From NCBI GenBank assembly GCA_950097015.1, contig CATNEN010000029.1, positions 1,116,001 through 1,180,000 on the forward strand: a DNA stretch of 64,000 nucleotides, read 5' to 3'. How positions within the stretch are numbered: the stretch's first letter is position 1; each line of letters starts with the position of its first letter. Below the pieces are notes generated by a model. That model searched no databases. It worked only from the letters and a program-made list of their open reading frames with translations, and was not told where the DNA came from. Shown here one piece after another: positions 1-12,020 of the stretch. Made by a program: the position numbers and the translations under genes. This stretch comes from Macrostomum hystrix (taxonomy: Eukaryota; Animalia; Platyhelminthes).

Positions 1-760
1 TCTCCCCTCTTTCTTTCGTCTCTCGTCACAATTCATTTTCTCGATAGAACGTACTTTCTGTTGCTCTTTCTTGTATTTTTTCTAAAATACCTCTTTTCTT
101 TCGCACCCGTTATCTTTCAGTGTTAATCTTTTACCTGTGCTCTTTCATTTGAAAAGTTATTCATCTCGCCTTCCACGCTGGCACTCATCGCACTAAATGA
201 AAGCTAGTTTAAAAGTTAAGAAAAGCTTCAAGAAGAGAAAGAGAAGAGAGAGAGAATGAGAATGAGAATGAGAGGGAGAGAACGCACAGATTCCCGTCTT
301 GGGGTCTGACATCACGCCAAGACGAGTTCGTTCTATTGTTCGCTCTCTCCTTCTCGGCCATTGTTGAGGCCATTTACTGTGCTCAAAACTGTGCTCTCCG
401 CCTTTCAAACCAATATCGCCAGTTTTAATTAGCCAATCTGTTCTGTAGCTTCTCCAACACTTTATATAAGCGACGACTGTAGCAGCAGAATAAGAAAATC
501 TTTTTCTTTTCGCTGTTCTGCTAGCCATTTTTATTACTGACACCAAAAAGTACAGGTTCAGTTTAGGCTTAGAATTGTAAGCCGAACAAAGACTTGGCTT
601 ATTATTAACTAAATCAGGCTAAAATATGTTTTTTGTGCCCAGTAAAAAAACGTAGGTTGTGCTGTGCCGTTTTTCCTCTGCTTGTGTTTTTTTATTGGTG
701 TCTTGTTGTATAATTGAATTGATTTTATAATCATCAACATGAAATCATTTATCATTCCAG

Positions 761-3700
761 AGATGGGGACAAGAATAAGCCTCAAGAGACTGTGCCCATG
801 TACAAGCTGGTGAGTAACTTGCTAACCTCATTTCTTTGAACTGTTAAACATTTTTTGTGTTCTGTGGCGCTTTTTGCCGCCACGCTAAGCTGCCTACTAT
901 ACCGTGTTACTCATACATTCTTCCAAGCCTTCTCTATTCTAGTCTTCTTCCTCTCCCTCTCCCCTTCCCATCTAAACTGAGGATTTAGGATCTCTTCCTG
1001 AGGATTTGGAATCTCTTCAGTGAGCATTTAGGATCCCTTCAGTGAGGATTTGGGATCCCTTCAGTGAGGATTTGGGATATCTTCACTGAATCTTAAGTCA
1101 GCATTTGGAATATCTTGAGTGAGGCTTTGGGATATATTCAGTGAAGACCTCTCTGGGATCACAGAAGATCTAGTCTGTTATTGAAATATTTCGCATGTTT
1201 TGGGATAAAAATCCCTCGCTTTATCGCCAACGGAATCCAGTTCCGCTACGCGGACGGCCGGGACATTTTCTGCATCATCGCTGGCTCGATTTTCGCCGCC
1301 GGCCATGGCGTCGGCTGGCCGCTGATCTCCATTATCTTCGGCGAGATGACCAACGATTTTGTGAAAAAGGACACGTTGAACACCACCAGCATGACGTCAT
1401 CCTCAGCCTCCTGGGGCAACCTGACCGGCTTCAACTTCGAAGAGTCCATGTCCCGCTACTGCCTGTACTATGCCCTGATTGGCATAGCCGTATTCATCGG
1501 CTCCCACTTCCAGGTGATGTTCTGGCAGATTGCCTGCGAACGCCAGGTGCACCGACTGCGCCAGGCCTTCTTTAGGTGAGCTGAAATTGCAGCTAGCTTC
1601 AGTTAATAATTAATAATAGCTGTTCAGTCCATGGACTGGGGGGACGCCACAGCAACCCTCTATTACCCTGGTTGTAGGACACAAATTGTTCCAGAGGAGT
1701 CGGGGAATCGAACCCCCGACCTTTAATTCGCGAGTCCGACGCTCTAACCACTAGGCTACAATCCCTGCAGATGTATAGCCTTTGGCACAGCCGCAGCTCT
1801 ATAATTTACTTGCATACGCACATGTACACTAAAGCTAGACTAGAATAATGAAAATTATGAGGGGGTCGGTGGCAGAGCGGTTAACGCGTTTGCCTCTCGC
1901 ACCACGGTCCCTAAGTTCGATTCCACGGCGAGGCCACATTTATTTGGAGAGAAGGCTTGGGGGCTTGTCGTGCAATTTACGCCCTTGAGGGCCAACCACC
2001 AAAGCACAATGAGAGTGTACACTGCCTGACGATCAGAAAGTCAGGGCAGATGTACACACAAGTGTGAGCGTATGCCTGCGTACAGTATCTGTGTGCGTGT
2101 GTGCTCAGGAGTCAGCCAAATGGGCAGAATTGCCTCCTCGCTGGCTGCGGGTCTAGTGTCACCAAACGATGTGCCATTGCCCGCAGCCCTCCTGCAATTA
2201 TTATTATTATTATAAATCAAAGTAATGAACTGTAGATATTATTTGTCCATATTTAGAAAGCAGTTTGCTAGTGCATCTTATTACCTGCTGATTTCCTTAT
2301 ATGGAATTGGACATTGAGGTAAAGGAGTTTTAGAAAAGGAGAAGAAATCAAAGCCTAATTCTGCAGATTCCATATATGGAAATGGGGCTCGGTTGGCTGC
2401 TATTGGGCGCGATAGTTTAGTGCTTTCTTTTGAATTCTGGCGACGCGCCCTTGTACGCTCCGGCATTTCTAAATGAATATTTTTTTGGCTATTAAAATTC
2501 TAACTGCACTACTCACGACACAGTTCAGTAGGATGTTACGCGTTTGATCAGCTACTTCTTTAGATTTTAAACCTCTGTATTGACTGCTTCTGCTGTTTTT
2601 GCTGTTATTTTTCCTAGTAGAAGGTTCTAAATTCTGGCAATTCTGACCATTTCGCTGACTCCTGAGCACACACGCTTACAGATACTGTACGCAGGCACAC
2701 GCTCACACAGGTGTGTACATCTGCCCTGACTTTCTCATCGTCAGGCAGTGTACACTTCACAGTGTCTTGGAGGTTGGCCCTCAAGGGCGTAAATTGCACG
2801 ACAAGCCCCCAAGCCTTCTCTCCGCGGCTGCGCTGAAAATTAATGTGGCCTCACAGCGGAATGGATCCGAGGGACCTCAAAGACAAAGACAAAGAATACT
2901 TGAGATTCGAACTTCCGACCTCTAAATCAAAAGTCAGAAACTCTACTCACTAGGCTAGAAGCTTCTATCTAACTATCCCAAAATGAAATTTGCGAATTGC
3001 TCAGGGCCGTGCTGCGCCAGGAGATGAGCTGGTACGACCAACAGTCCAGCGGCGAACTCACCACCCGCCTGGCCGACGATCTCGAGCGCATTCGCGAAGG
3101 CCTTGGCGACAAGACCAGCATAGTGATCCAGGCACTGGCTGGCTTCATCTGCGGCTTTGTCATCGGCTTCATCAAGAGCTGGAAGATGACGCTGGTTATG
3201 ATGTCGCTGACGCCGCTGCTGGCTATTGGCGGCGCACTGATGGGCCGCCTAATTAGCAGCATGACCTCGCGCGAGCAGAAGGCCTACGCCAAGGCTGGCG
3301 CGGTGGCCGAGGAGACCGTCAGCTGCATTCGCACTGTGATCGCCTTCTGCGGCCAGCAGGACGAGGAAGAGAGATACGCCAAGGAGCTGGAGGGATCCAT
3401 GAAGGAGGGCATCAAGAAGGTGGGGGAGTTGAGCAGTGAGAGAAGCAGAGTTGAGCAGTAAGGCAAGCAGAGTTGAGCAGTAAGGCAAGCAGAGTTGAGC
3501 AGTGAGGAAAGCAGAGTTGAGCAGTGAGGAAAGCAGAGTTAAGCAGTGAGGGAAGTAGAGTTGATCAGTGAGAGAAGTAGAGTTGAGCAGTGAGGAAAGC
3601 AGAGTTGAGCAGTAAGGCAAGTAGAGTTTAGCAGTGAGGAAAGCAAAGTTGAGCAGTGAGAGAAGTAGAGTTGAGCAGTGAGGAAAGCAGAGTTGAGCAG

Positions 3701-6700
3701 TAAGGCAAGTAGAGTTGAGCAGTGAGAGACGTAGACTCATGCGGTTGAGCCTTCGCCCCGCATTCTCCAGAGCATAATCCAAGGCGCCGGCATGGGTTTC
3801 GTGATGTTCACAATGTTCTCGGCCTACTGTCTGGCTTTCTGGTTCGGCGCCACCCAGGTGAAGGAGTGGCAGGAGACGCTGGGCGCCTCCGGCCTGCCGC
3901 CTGGCGACATCTTCACCGTGTTCTTCTGTGTGCTCATCGGCTCCTTCAGCATCGGCATGGCTGGCCAGCCGTTCTCTCAGGTGCGACTTTAAATGCTCTC
4001 CGATCTAGTGTCGAAAACGCGCTGCATTTCTTATCTACAATCATTCCAAATCTCACAGCATTTCTCATCTACAATCATTCCAAATCTCACAGCATTTCTC
4101 ATCTACAATCATTCCAAATCTCACAGCATTTCTCATCTACAATCATTCCAAATCTCACAGCATTTCTCATCTATAATCATTCCAAATCTCACTGCATTTC
4201 TCATCTATAATCATTCCAAATCTCACAGCATTTCTCATCTACAATCATTCCAAATCTCACTGCATTTCTCATCTATAATCATTCCAAATCTCACAGCATT
4301 TCTCATCTACAATCATTCCAAATCTCACTGCATTTCTCATCTATAATCATTCCAAATCTCACAGCATTTCTCATCTACAATCATTCCAAATCTCACAGCA
4401 TTTCTCATCTATAATCATTCCAAATCTCACTGCATTTCTCATCTATAGTCATTCCAAATCTCACAGCATTTCTCATCTACAGTCATTCCAAATCTCACAG
4501 CATTTCTCATCTACAATCATTCCAAATCTCACTGCATTTGTCATCTACAATCATTCCAAATCTCACTGCATTTCTCATCTATAGTCATTCCAAATCTCAT
4601 GACATTTCTCTCGCCTGCTACAAACACTTCCAGGTGGTGGCAGCACAGGGCGCGGCGTCAGTGATCTATTCCATCATCGACCGCAAGCCAACCATCGATG
4701 TTGACAGCGAGACAGGCGATAAGCCGGCCAAGTGTAGCGGTCAGATTGAATTGCGCGATGTGGCCTTCAAGTATCCCACCAGGCCGGACGTGCCAGTGCT
4801 GCGCGGTGTGTCCTTCACCATCCAGCCGGGCCAGACTGTGGCCCTGACTGGGCCCTCCGGCTGCGGCAAGTCCTCCATAGTGAAGCTGATTCTCAGATTC
4901 TACGATCCGGAGTCTGGCTGCTTGCTGATTGACGGCCACGATGTTCGCGACCTGAATGTGCACTGGTATCGCAGCCGCATCGGCCTGGTGTCTCAGGAGC
5001 CCGTGCTGTTTAGCGGCTCGATTAAGTGAGCTCTCCTTGCTTTGTTGCCTGTTTTGCTTTGATATTGTGACACCTGTCATTTACAATGATGGCAACTGCC
5101 ATCTGGAACTTTGTCATTTGTCATTTCCATTCGGAAATTATTTCATTTGTCATTTGAAAAAAGGACATTCGACATTTGAAATGATGACAACTGATACTTG
5201 AAATGATGACAAATGACATTTGGAATGATGGCAACTGACATTTGGAATGATGACAACTGATACTTGAAATGATGACAACTGATACTTGAAATGATGACAA
5301 CTGATACTTGAAATGATGACAACTGATACTTGAAATGATGACAACTGATACTTGAAATGATGACAACTGATACTTGAAATGATGACAACTGATACTTGAA
5401 ATGATGACAACTGATACTTGAAATGATGACAACTGATACTTGAAATGATGACAACTGACATTTGGAATGATGGCAACTGACATTTGAAATGATGACAACT
5501 GATACTTGAAATGATGACAAATGACATTTGGAATGATGGCAACTGACATTTGGAATGATGACAACTGATACTTGAAATGATGACAACTGATACTTGAAAT
5601 GATGACAACTGATACTTGAAATGATGACAACTGATACTTGAAATGATGACAACTGACATTTGGAATGATGGCAACTGACATTTGGAATGATGAAAACTGA
5701 CATTTGGAATGATGGCAACTGACATTTGGAATGATGACAACTGACATTTGGAATGATGGCAACTGACATTTGGAATGATGACAACTGACATTTGGAATGA
5801 TGGCAACTGACATTTGGAATGATGACAACTGACATTTGGAATGATGACAACTGACATTTGGAATGACAGCTGTCATTTGAAAAGCTTTGAAGAGCATCAG
5901 AAAGCCATCCAAGAAAATATTTCTGGCTTATATTCGCGTCTTTGCCATCGTCAAGGGAGAACATCCGCATGGGCCGGGAGGACGTCACGGACGAAGAGAT
6001 GGTGGCAGCCTGCAAGCAGGCCAACGCGCACAAATTTATCAGTCGCCTGCCCGACGGCTACAACACTCTGGTTGGCGAGCGGGGCGCCCAGCTTAGCGGC
6101 GGCCAGAAACAGCGGGTGGCCATCGCCAGGGCTCTGGTGCGCCGGCCCGCCATCCTGCTGCTGGACGAGGCCACCTCGGCTTTGGACGCCGAGAGCGAAT
6201 CTGTGGTGCAGGTTAGTGCTAGGTCTTGGTGACACTAGACCCGCAGCCCTGGGTAAAGGAGCAAAGGAGGCAATTCTGCCCATTCCGCTGAGCACACACG
6301 CTCACAGGTGTGTACATCTGCCCTGACTTTCTCATCGTAAGGCAGTGTACACTCTCACTGTGCCTTGGGTGTTGGTCCTCAGGGCGTAAATTGTACGACA
6401 AGTCCCCAAGCCTTCTCTCCGCGGCTGCGCCCCAAATGAATGTGGCCTCGCCGCGGAATCGAGTTCAGGGACCTTGGTACGAGAGGCAAACGCTTAGGCC
6501 CCCTTAAGGCTCGTCGTGATATAGTATTATTACTAGTGTTAGCAGTAGTAGTAATATAAAATGTGGGCACTCCTAGTTCTAGTACTAATAGTAGCATATC
6601 ACGAACACCAATGCGATAATCCACCCAACTTGCAGGAGGCGCTGGACAAGGCCGGCGAGGGCATCACCACCCTGGTGATTGCTCACCGCCTGAGCACTGT

Positions 6701-9700
6701 TCGCAACGCAGACATCATCCTGTCAATCAACGAGGGCCGCATAGTTGAAGCCGGCACCCACGAGCAGCTGCTGGCCAACCGCGGCCTGTACTACCAGCTG
6801 GTGTCCCTGCAGACCTTCGCCGAGGACGACCAGCACAACCGCAAGAAGTCGGGTCGCGGCAGTGGCCAGAATAACCACGCTGAAGGCGTCGAATCAACCG
6901 ACGAGGCTGACGAAGAAGTCGACAGTGACGTGGACGCTTCGAAGCTACCAAGCTATGATAAATTGACCGCTAAAGTCAGCAATGGAGTGCCGGACGTTGA
7001 CTTTCAACAGGGCGGCAAGGCTGCTGGACTGAAGAGTCCTGAGAAGAGGCGTGAGTCACTCGCTGATTTCTCGATTTTATCCCATTCCAAATCTCGCGGC
7101 ATTTGTCATTGTCCATCGTTTCCGAATCTCACGAAATTTCTCATCTAGAATCATTCCAAATCTCATGAAATTTCTCATCTAGAATCATTCCAAATCTCAT
7201 GAAATTTCTAATCTAGAATCATTCCAAATCTCACGAAATTTCTCATCTAGAATCATTCCAAATCTCACGAAATTTCTCATCTAGAATCATTCCAAATCTC
7301 ACGAAATTTCTCATCTAGAATCATTCCAAATCTCACGAAATTTCTCATCTAGAATCATTCCAAATCTCATGAAATTTCTCATCTAGAATCATTCCAAATC
7401 TCATGAAATTTCTCATCTAGAATCATTCCAAATCTCACGAAATTTCTCATCTAGAATCATTCCAAATCTCACGAAATTTCTCATCTAGAATCATTCCAAA
7501 TCTCATGAAATTTCTCATCTAGAATCATTCCAAATCTCATGAAATTTCTCATCTAGAATCATTCCAAATCTCACGAAATTTCTCATCTAGAATCATTCAA
7601 AATCTCATGAAATTTCTCATCTAGAATCATTCCAAATCTCACGAAATTTCTCATCTAGAATCATTCCAAATCTCACGGCATTTCTCACTATCAGGTGGCT
7701 CAACGGCCAGCGCCATCCGGCGCAACAAGGAGGCCGAGAAGGCCGAGCAGAAGGCGCTGCTGGCCAAGGCGCCCGGCTTCTTAGACATGCTGCGCATGAA
7801 CAGCCCGGAGATCGGCTACATCCTGCTGGCCTGCGTTGGCGCCCTGCTGAACGGCGGCGGCATGCCAATCTTTGCCGTCTTTTTTGCCAACGTCATCGCC
7901 GTATTCAGCAAGACTGGCGACGCTATGCTGCAGGAGGCCACCTTCTGGGCGCTGATGTTCCTGGTGCTTGGCGGAGCCCAGCTGCTTGGCAACCTGTTCA
8001 TGAACATCGGCCTTGGCGTGGCTGGCGAGCGTTTGACCCGCCGGATGCGCACAATGTACTTCGCCGCGGTGCTGCGCCAGGATATGAGCTACTTCGACAG
8101 TCCGGACAATTCAGTTGGCGCCGTCACCACCCGGCTAGCCAACGACGCTTCCAATGCCAAGGGCGCGTCCGGAGTCCGGCTGGCCATGCCGCTGCAGGTG
8201 AGGCACTGAACTGATGATGCCTCCTCGCTGGCTGCGGTTCTAGTGTCGTCAAATGATGTGCCAGGGCCCTCTAGAGTCGTAAAATGAGTGAATCACATCT
8301 ATTCCACTCAAAATTCTACTCAACTTATGCCAGTATTCATTTTACAACGGCACAAACTGAATTATTGAATCACTGGGGATTAATTGTACTTCTTAAGGGC
8401 ACAAATCGATTTACTTAATTATAAGCTAAGATTCGAACTCTCGACCTCTCTTTCGCCTCTCGACTCTCGATCTCTAACTAAAGACAACCTTTGGTTAGTT
8501 AGTCAAGAGAGGTCTGAAGTTCGAATCTCAACTCACGAGCAACTTCGAATCTCGCCCTCGCCCTCGCAGGCCCTATTCGGCGTGAGCCTTGGACTCGGCA
8601 TCGCCCTGTACTACGGCTGGATGCTGGCTCTCATGATCATCGCCTGCGTGCCCTTCATGGCCATCGCCGGCTTCATTCACATGGCCTTCCAGACACGCTC
8701 GCAGAAGGCCACGGACAAGAACTCGGAAATGGCCGGCCAGACAGCGGCCGAGGCAATCGAGAACCTGCCGACTGTGCAGAGCCTGTGCCGCGAGAACACC
8801 TTCTTCAAGCGCTACTGCGACTACCTGCTTGGCCCCTACCGCAAACGACTGGTTGGCACCATCCTGGGCGGCCTGACCTTCGGCTTCTCACAGGTCCGAT
8901 ATTCACTTTTAATACCCTACTACCTCCAGGGGGGTGAGTGGCAGAGCGGTCTAACGCGTTTGCCTCTCGCACCAAGGTCCCTGAGCTCGATTCCGCGGCG
9001 AGGCCACATTCATTTGGGGCGCAGCCGCGGAGAGAAGGCTTGGGGGCTTGTCGTGCAATTTACGCCCTTGAGGGCCAACCTCCAAGGCACAGTGAGAGTG
9101 TACACTGCCCGACGATGAGAAAGTCAGGCCAGATGTACACACCTGTGTGAGCGTATGCTCAGGAGTCAGCCGTATGGGCAGAATTGCCTCCTCGCTGGCT
9201 GCGGGTCTACTGTCCCTCCTGCAAATATTAATATTTTTATACCATACAACCTACTACTATGGATACACTACTGGGATCTATATCAGCTGGGCATTTCACA
9301 CAGTCCAACCAATCACCAATCGCCCGCCGCAGGCCATGGTATTCTTCATGTACGCGGCCGCCTTCCGCTTCGGCGCCTACCTAGTCGGCATCGGCAAGAT
9401 GGACCCCAGCAACGTGTTCAAGGTGTTCTTCGCCATCACCTTCGCCGGCCTGATGACGGGCCAGACTTTCTCGCTGATTCCAGACTACGCCAAGGCCAGA
9501 ATCTCAGCCGGCTACATCATGGAGCTGGTGGCCAAGAAGCCGCTGATTGACAACCTTTCTAAAGAGGGTCGCAGGCTCGAATCCTTGCAAGGAGAAATCG
9601 CTCTGGAGAATGTCCAATTCACCTATCCGCAGCGGCCAACCGTGGAGGTTCTGCACGGCCTGAGCCTGTCATTCCCCGCTGGCCAGACCGTTGCTCTGGT

Positions 9701-11161
9701 TGGCGTGTCCGGCTGCGGCAAGTCCACGGTGATGGCTTTGCTGCAGAGATTCTACGATCCCAGCCAGGGCCGGGTGACTCTCGATGGCGCGGATCTGCGC
9801 GACCTCAACGTCGCCTGGCTGCGGCGCAACATCCGAGTTGTGTCGCAGGTGAGAAATGTTGCCGGTCGCGCCCGGGTCTGATTAGATTGATAATCCCTTC
9901 TATTGCGAAATAACTCTATAACATGCTATGGTAAGAATAGAATTAGCCTAGACGAAGGTTGGACGGCTTTGTCGTACAATATGTACCCACATCAGGGACA
10001 TAAGCAAGTCAGTAGTCGGCCTCTTCACTTGCTAAATCAGGGGTAGCAAACTCCGGCCTGCGGGCCAGATGCGGCCCTCGAAGCTCCCAAATCCTTCCCG
10101 TTGCACCTTCGGACATCTACAGTATCTTTTCTCATCTCTCCCGTGTCTCATCTCTCCCGTGTCTCATCTCTCCCGTGTCTCATCTCTTTCGTGTCTCATC
10201 TCTCCCGTGTCTCATCTCTCCCGTGTCTCATCTCTCCCCTGTCTCATCTCTCCCGTGTCTCATCTCTCCCGTGTCTCATCTATCCAGTGTGTCATCTCTC
10301 CCGTGTCTCATCTCTCCCGTGTGTCATCTCTCCCGTGTCTCATCTATCCAGTGTCTCATCTCTCCCCTATCTCATATTTCTACAGTCAATGCGGCCCACT
10401 GTCGTCTTTTAGGTTTTCTCTTTGGCCCGCTGGCTAATAAGTTTGCCGACTCCCAAGAGTACTATTATTATTAGGATCCTAAGGCTTATTGTCCAAGATC
10501 TCAAGTCATCCCAGAAATTAAGAAAATCCCAACCTAAGATCCCGCCCACCACGCCCCCCGCTGCCCGCAGGAGCCGGTGCTGTTCGCGCGCAGCATCGAG
10601 GCCAACATAGTCTATGGCCTGGACTCGCAGCAGCCCGTGACGCACGAATCGGTTGAGGCCGCTGCCAAGCAAAGCAACATTCACGATTTCGTGTCCGGCT
10701 TGCCAGCTGGCTACGCAACCGAGGTTGGCGAGAAGGGCGCCCAGCTGAGCGGCGGCCAGAAGCAGCGGGTGGCGCTGGCCAGGGCGCTGGTCAACAGGCC
10801 GAAGATTCTTCTCCTAGACGAGGCCACCTCGGCGCTGGACACGGAGAGCGAGGCCGTGGTGCAGGCCGCGCTGGAGGAGGCCCGCCAAGGCCGCACCTGC
10901 ATCCTCATCGCGCACCGGCTGTCCACAGTGCAGAACGCCGACCGGATTGTCGTCATCGAGCAGGGCCAAGTTGTTGAGCAGGGCACCCACGCTGAGCTGA
11001 TGCGACTTGGCGGCGCTTACTATGCCCTGGCTAGCGGCGCCAAGAAGCCTGGCGCGGCTGGCGGGGCCGCCTCCGCCACTGCCGACACGCCGGCTGTCGA
11101 TGCCGACGCTGTGGTTTTCAATGACAACAACAATGTTGTTGATCCGCCCGTTCATGCTTAA
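761..11161 (+). CDS. ABCB1: ABCB1/P-glycoprotein-like full ABC exporter (TMD-NBD-TMD-NBD), 11 exons seen, 5' coding exon not located
   Basis: Exons 761-809, 1241-1575, 3005-3419, 3771-3980, 4634-5025, 5956-6211, 6636-7050, 7695-8197, 8570-8893, 9333-9848, 10571-11161; all GT-AG with consistent phases (4006 nt, about 1334 aa). Motifs: FRYAD, Walker A GPSGCGKS and GVSGCGKS, Q-loop VSQEP x2, signature LSGGQKQR x2, Walker [13 protein letters not shown] x2, H-loop IAHRLSTV x2. Confidence 0.95.
985..1150. repeat. degenerate ~22-bp tandem repeat in ABCB1 intron
   Basis: Units like GAGGATTTGGGATCCCTTCAGT. Confidence 0.7.
1622..1770 (-). mobile_element. tRNA-derived SINE family B (CORE-type), internally deleted copy
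   Basis: Minus strand has A-box TAGCCTAGTGG and B-box GGTTCGATTCC; shares GTTCAGTCCATGGACTGGGGGGACGCCACA (plus-strand reading) with the copy at 31125. Confidence 0.7.
1860..2213 (+). mobile_element. tRNA-derived SINE family A, near full length (~350 bp)
   Basis: A-box TGGCAGAGCGG at 1870-1880, B-box GTTCGATTCC at 1915-1924, conserved body, (ATT)n tail; at least 7 further copies in the window. Confidence 0.85.
2635..2880 (-). mobile_element. SINE family A copy
   Basis: Reverse complement matches the body of 1860-2213. Confidence 0.85.
2893..2955 (-). mobile_element. tRNA-like SINE head fragment
   Basis: Minus strand TAGCCTAGTGAGTAGAG...GGAAGTTCGAATC (A/B boxes); similar to the head at 52912. 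Confidence 0.5.
3425..3725. repeat. 22-bp minisatellite starting just after an ABCB1 donor
   Basis: Unit GCAGAGTTGAGCAGTGAGGAAA. Confidence 0.9.
4020..4600. repeat. 34-bp intronic minisatellite
   Basis: Unit CATTTCTCATCTACAATCATTCCAAATCTCACAG. Confidence 0.95.
5165..5880. repeat. 22-bp intronic minisatellite
   Basis: Units GAAATGATGACAACTGATACTT and GGAATGATGGCAACTGACATTT. Confidence 0.95.
6227..6500 (-). mobile_element. SINE family A copy
   Basis: Reverse complement matches the family A head and body. Confidence 0.85.
7125..7690. repeat. 34-bp intronic minisatellite related to 4020-4600
   Basis: Unit AATTTCTCATCTAGAATCATTCCAAATCTCACGA; ends just before the acceptor at 7694. Confidence 0.95.
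8929..9235 (+). mobile_element. SINE family A copy
   Basis: GGGGGGTGAGTGGCAGAGCGG head, B-box variant GCTCGATTCC, conserved body. Confidence 0.85.
10130..10375. repeat. 16-bp intronic minisatellite
   Basis: Unit GTGTCTCATCTCTCCC. Confidence 0.9.
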
Positions 11162-11199
11162 TCAAGCTTTAACTAGCATAGTATGAAGTTTGCCATGCC

Positions 11200-11425
11200 A
11201 ATGAGAATTTTACCTTAGCAACTGCGAAGTTTACCTTAGCAACTGCGAAGTTTACCTTAGCAACTGCGAAGTTTACCTTAGCAACTGCGAAGTTTACCTT
11301 AGCAACTGCGAAGTTAACCTTAGCAACTGAGAAGTTTACATTAGCAAATGCGAAGTTAACCTTAGCAACTGAGAATTTTACCATAGCAACTGCGAAGTTT
11401 ACCATAGCAACTGAGAAGTTTACAT
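11200..11425. repeat. 21-bp tandem repeat just 3' of the ABCB1 stop
   Basis: Unit CCTTAGCAACTGCGAAGTTTA. Confidence 0.9.
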
Positions 11426-11444
11426 TATTACTGATTTTACTCTA

Positions 11445-11457
11445 GTTGCTAAGCAAC
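11445..11457. promoter_or_regulatory. palindromic RFX X-box-like motif
   Basis: GTTGCTAAGCAAC; identical motif at 59115; target gene unknown. Confidence 0.25.
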
Positions 11458-11784
11458 GTATTTGAGTTCTAGTGTTTTATGGGTAATTATTTGCACTTTT
11501 TTATTGACAAAACAGTTCGAGCTACTATCTATCTGTAACGTTTCAATTGAGTACTGATCTTGTTGCTCATTCCCTGGGGTGTTCCATTCAGCTTTTTTAG
11601 TTTCTCAAAGTCGAGTTTTAATATGCGAAAAAATTGGCATTCGTTTTTCCCAAAACTGTGACGAATTTATATTACGAGAGACAGCTGAAGTCTGCTATCA
11701 TGCTTTACATATTGTGTTATATATACCTTTGCTAACATTTTAGTATAGTCCACCCTGTCAGGGGGTAGACTAAACTTTCAACTT

Positions 11785-12020
11785 TACCTTAAACCCTAAA
11801 CTGCCCTATCTACTCTACCCTAAACCCTAAACTGCCCTATCTACTCTACCTTTAACCCTAAACTGCCCTATCTACTCTACCCTAAACCCTAAACTGCCCT
11901 ATCTACTCTACCTTAAACCCTAAACTGCCCTATCTACTCTACCCTAAACCCTAAACTGCCCTATCTACTCTACCCTAAACCCTAAATTACCCTACTCTAC
12001 CCTAACCCTAAACTGCCCTC
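11785..12020. repeat. 31-bp tandem repeat
   Basis: Unit CCCTAAACCCTAAACTGCCCTATCTACTCTA. Confidence 0.9.

Noticed and set aside
193-546. 117-aa minus-strand ORF, or the missing first ABCB1 exon
   Set aside because: Low-complexity (GA)n-derived sequence without homology. The candidate donor at 556 has an in-frame stop at 491 and no ATG, so the first exon was not found.
1700-1770. tRNA gene (also heads at 1860, 8929, 31250, 56520)
   Set aside because: A/B boxes and T-arm are present, but acceptor and anticodon stems do not pair and each is followed by a SINE body.
5121-6033. 263-296-aa minus-strand repeat ORFs (similarly 25883, 27077, 58408)
   Set aside because: By-products of minisatellites; no splice or homology support.
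10711-11155. Antisense ORFs over ABCB1 and other GC-rich exons
   Set aside because: Shadow ORFs caused by high GC3 codon usage.
11785-12020. Interstitial telomeric repeat (CCCTAAA; also TTTTAGGGGG near 24000)
   Set aside because: Only two heptamers inside a 31-bp unit; not a pure telomeric tract and not the animal TTAGGG motif.
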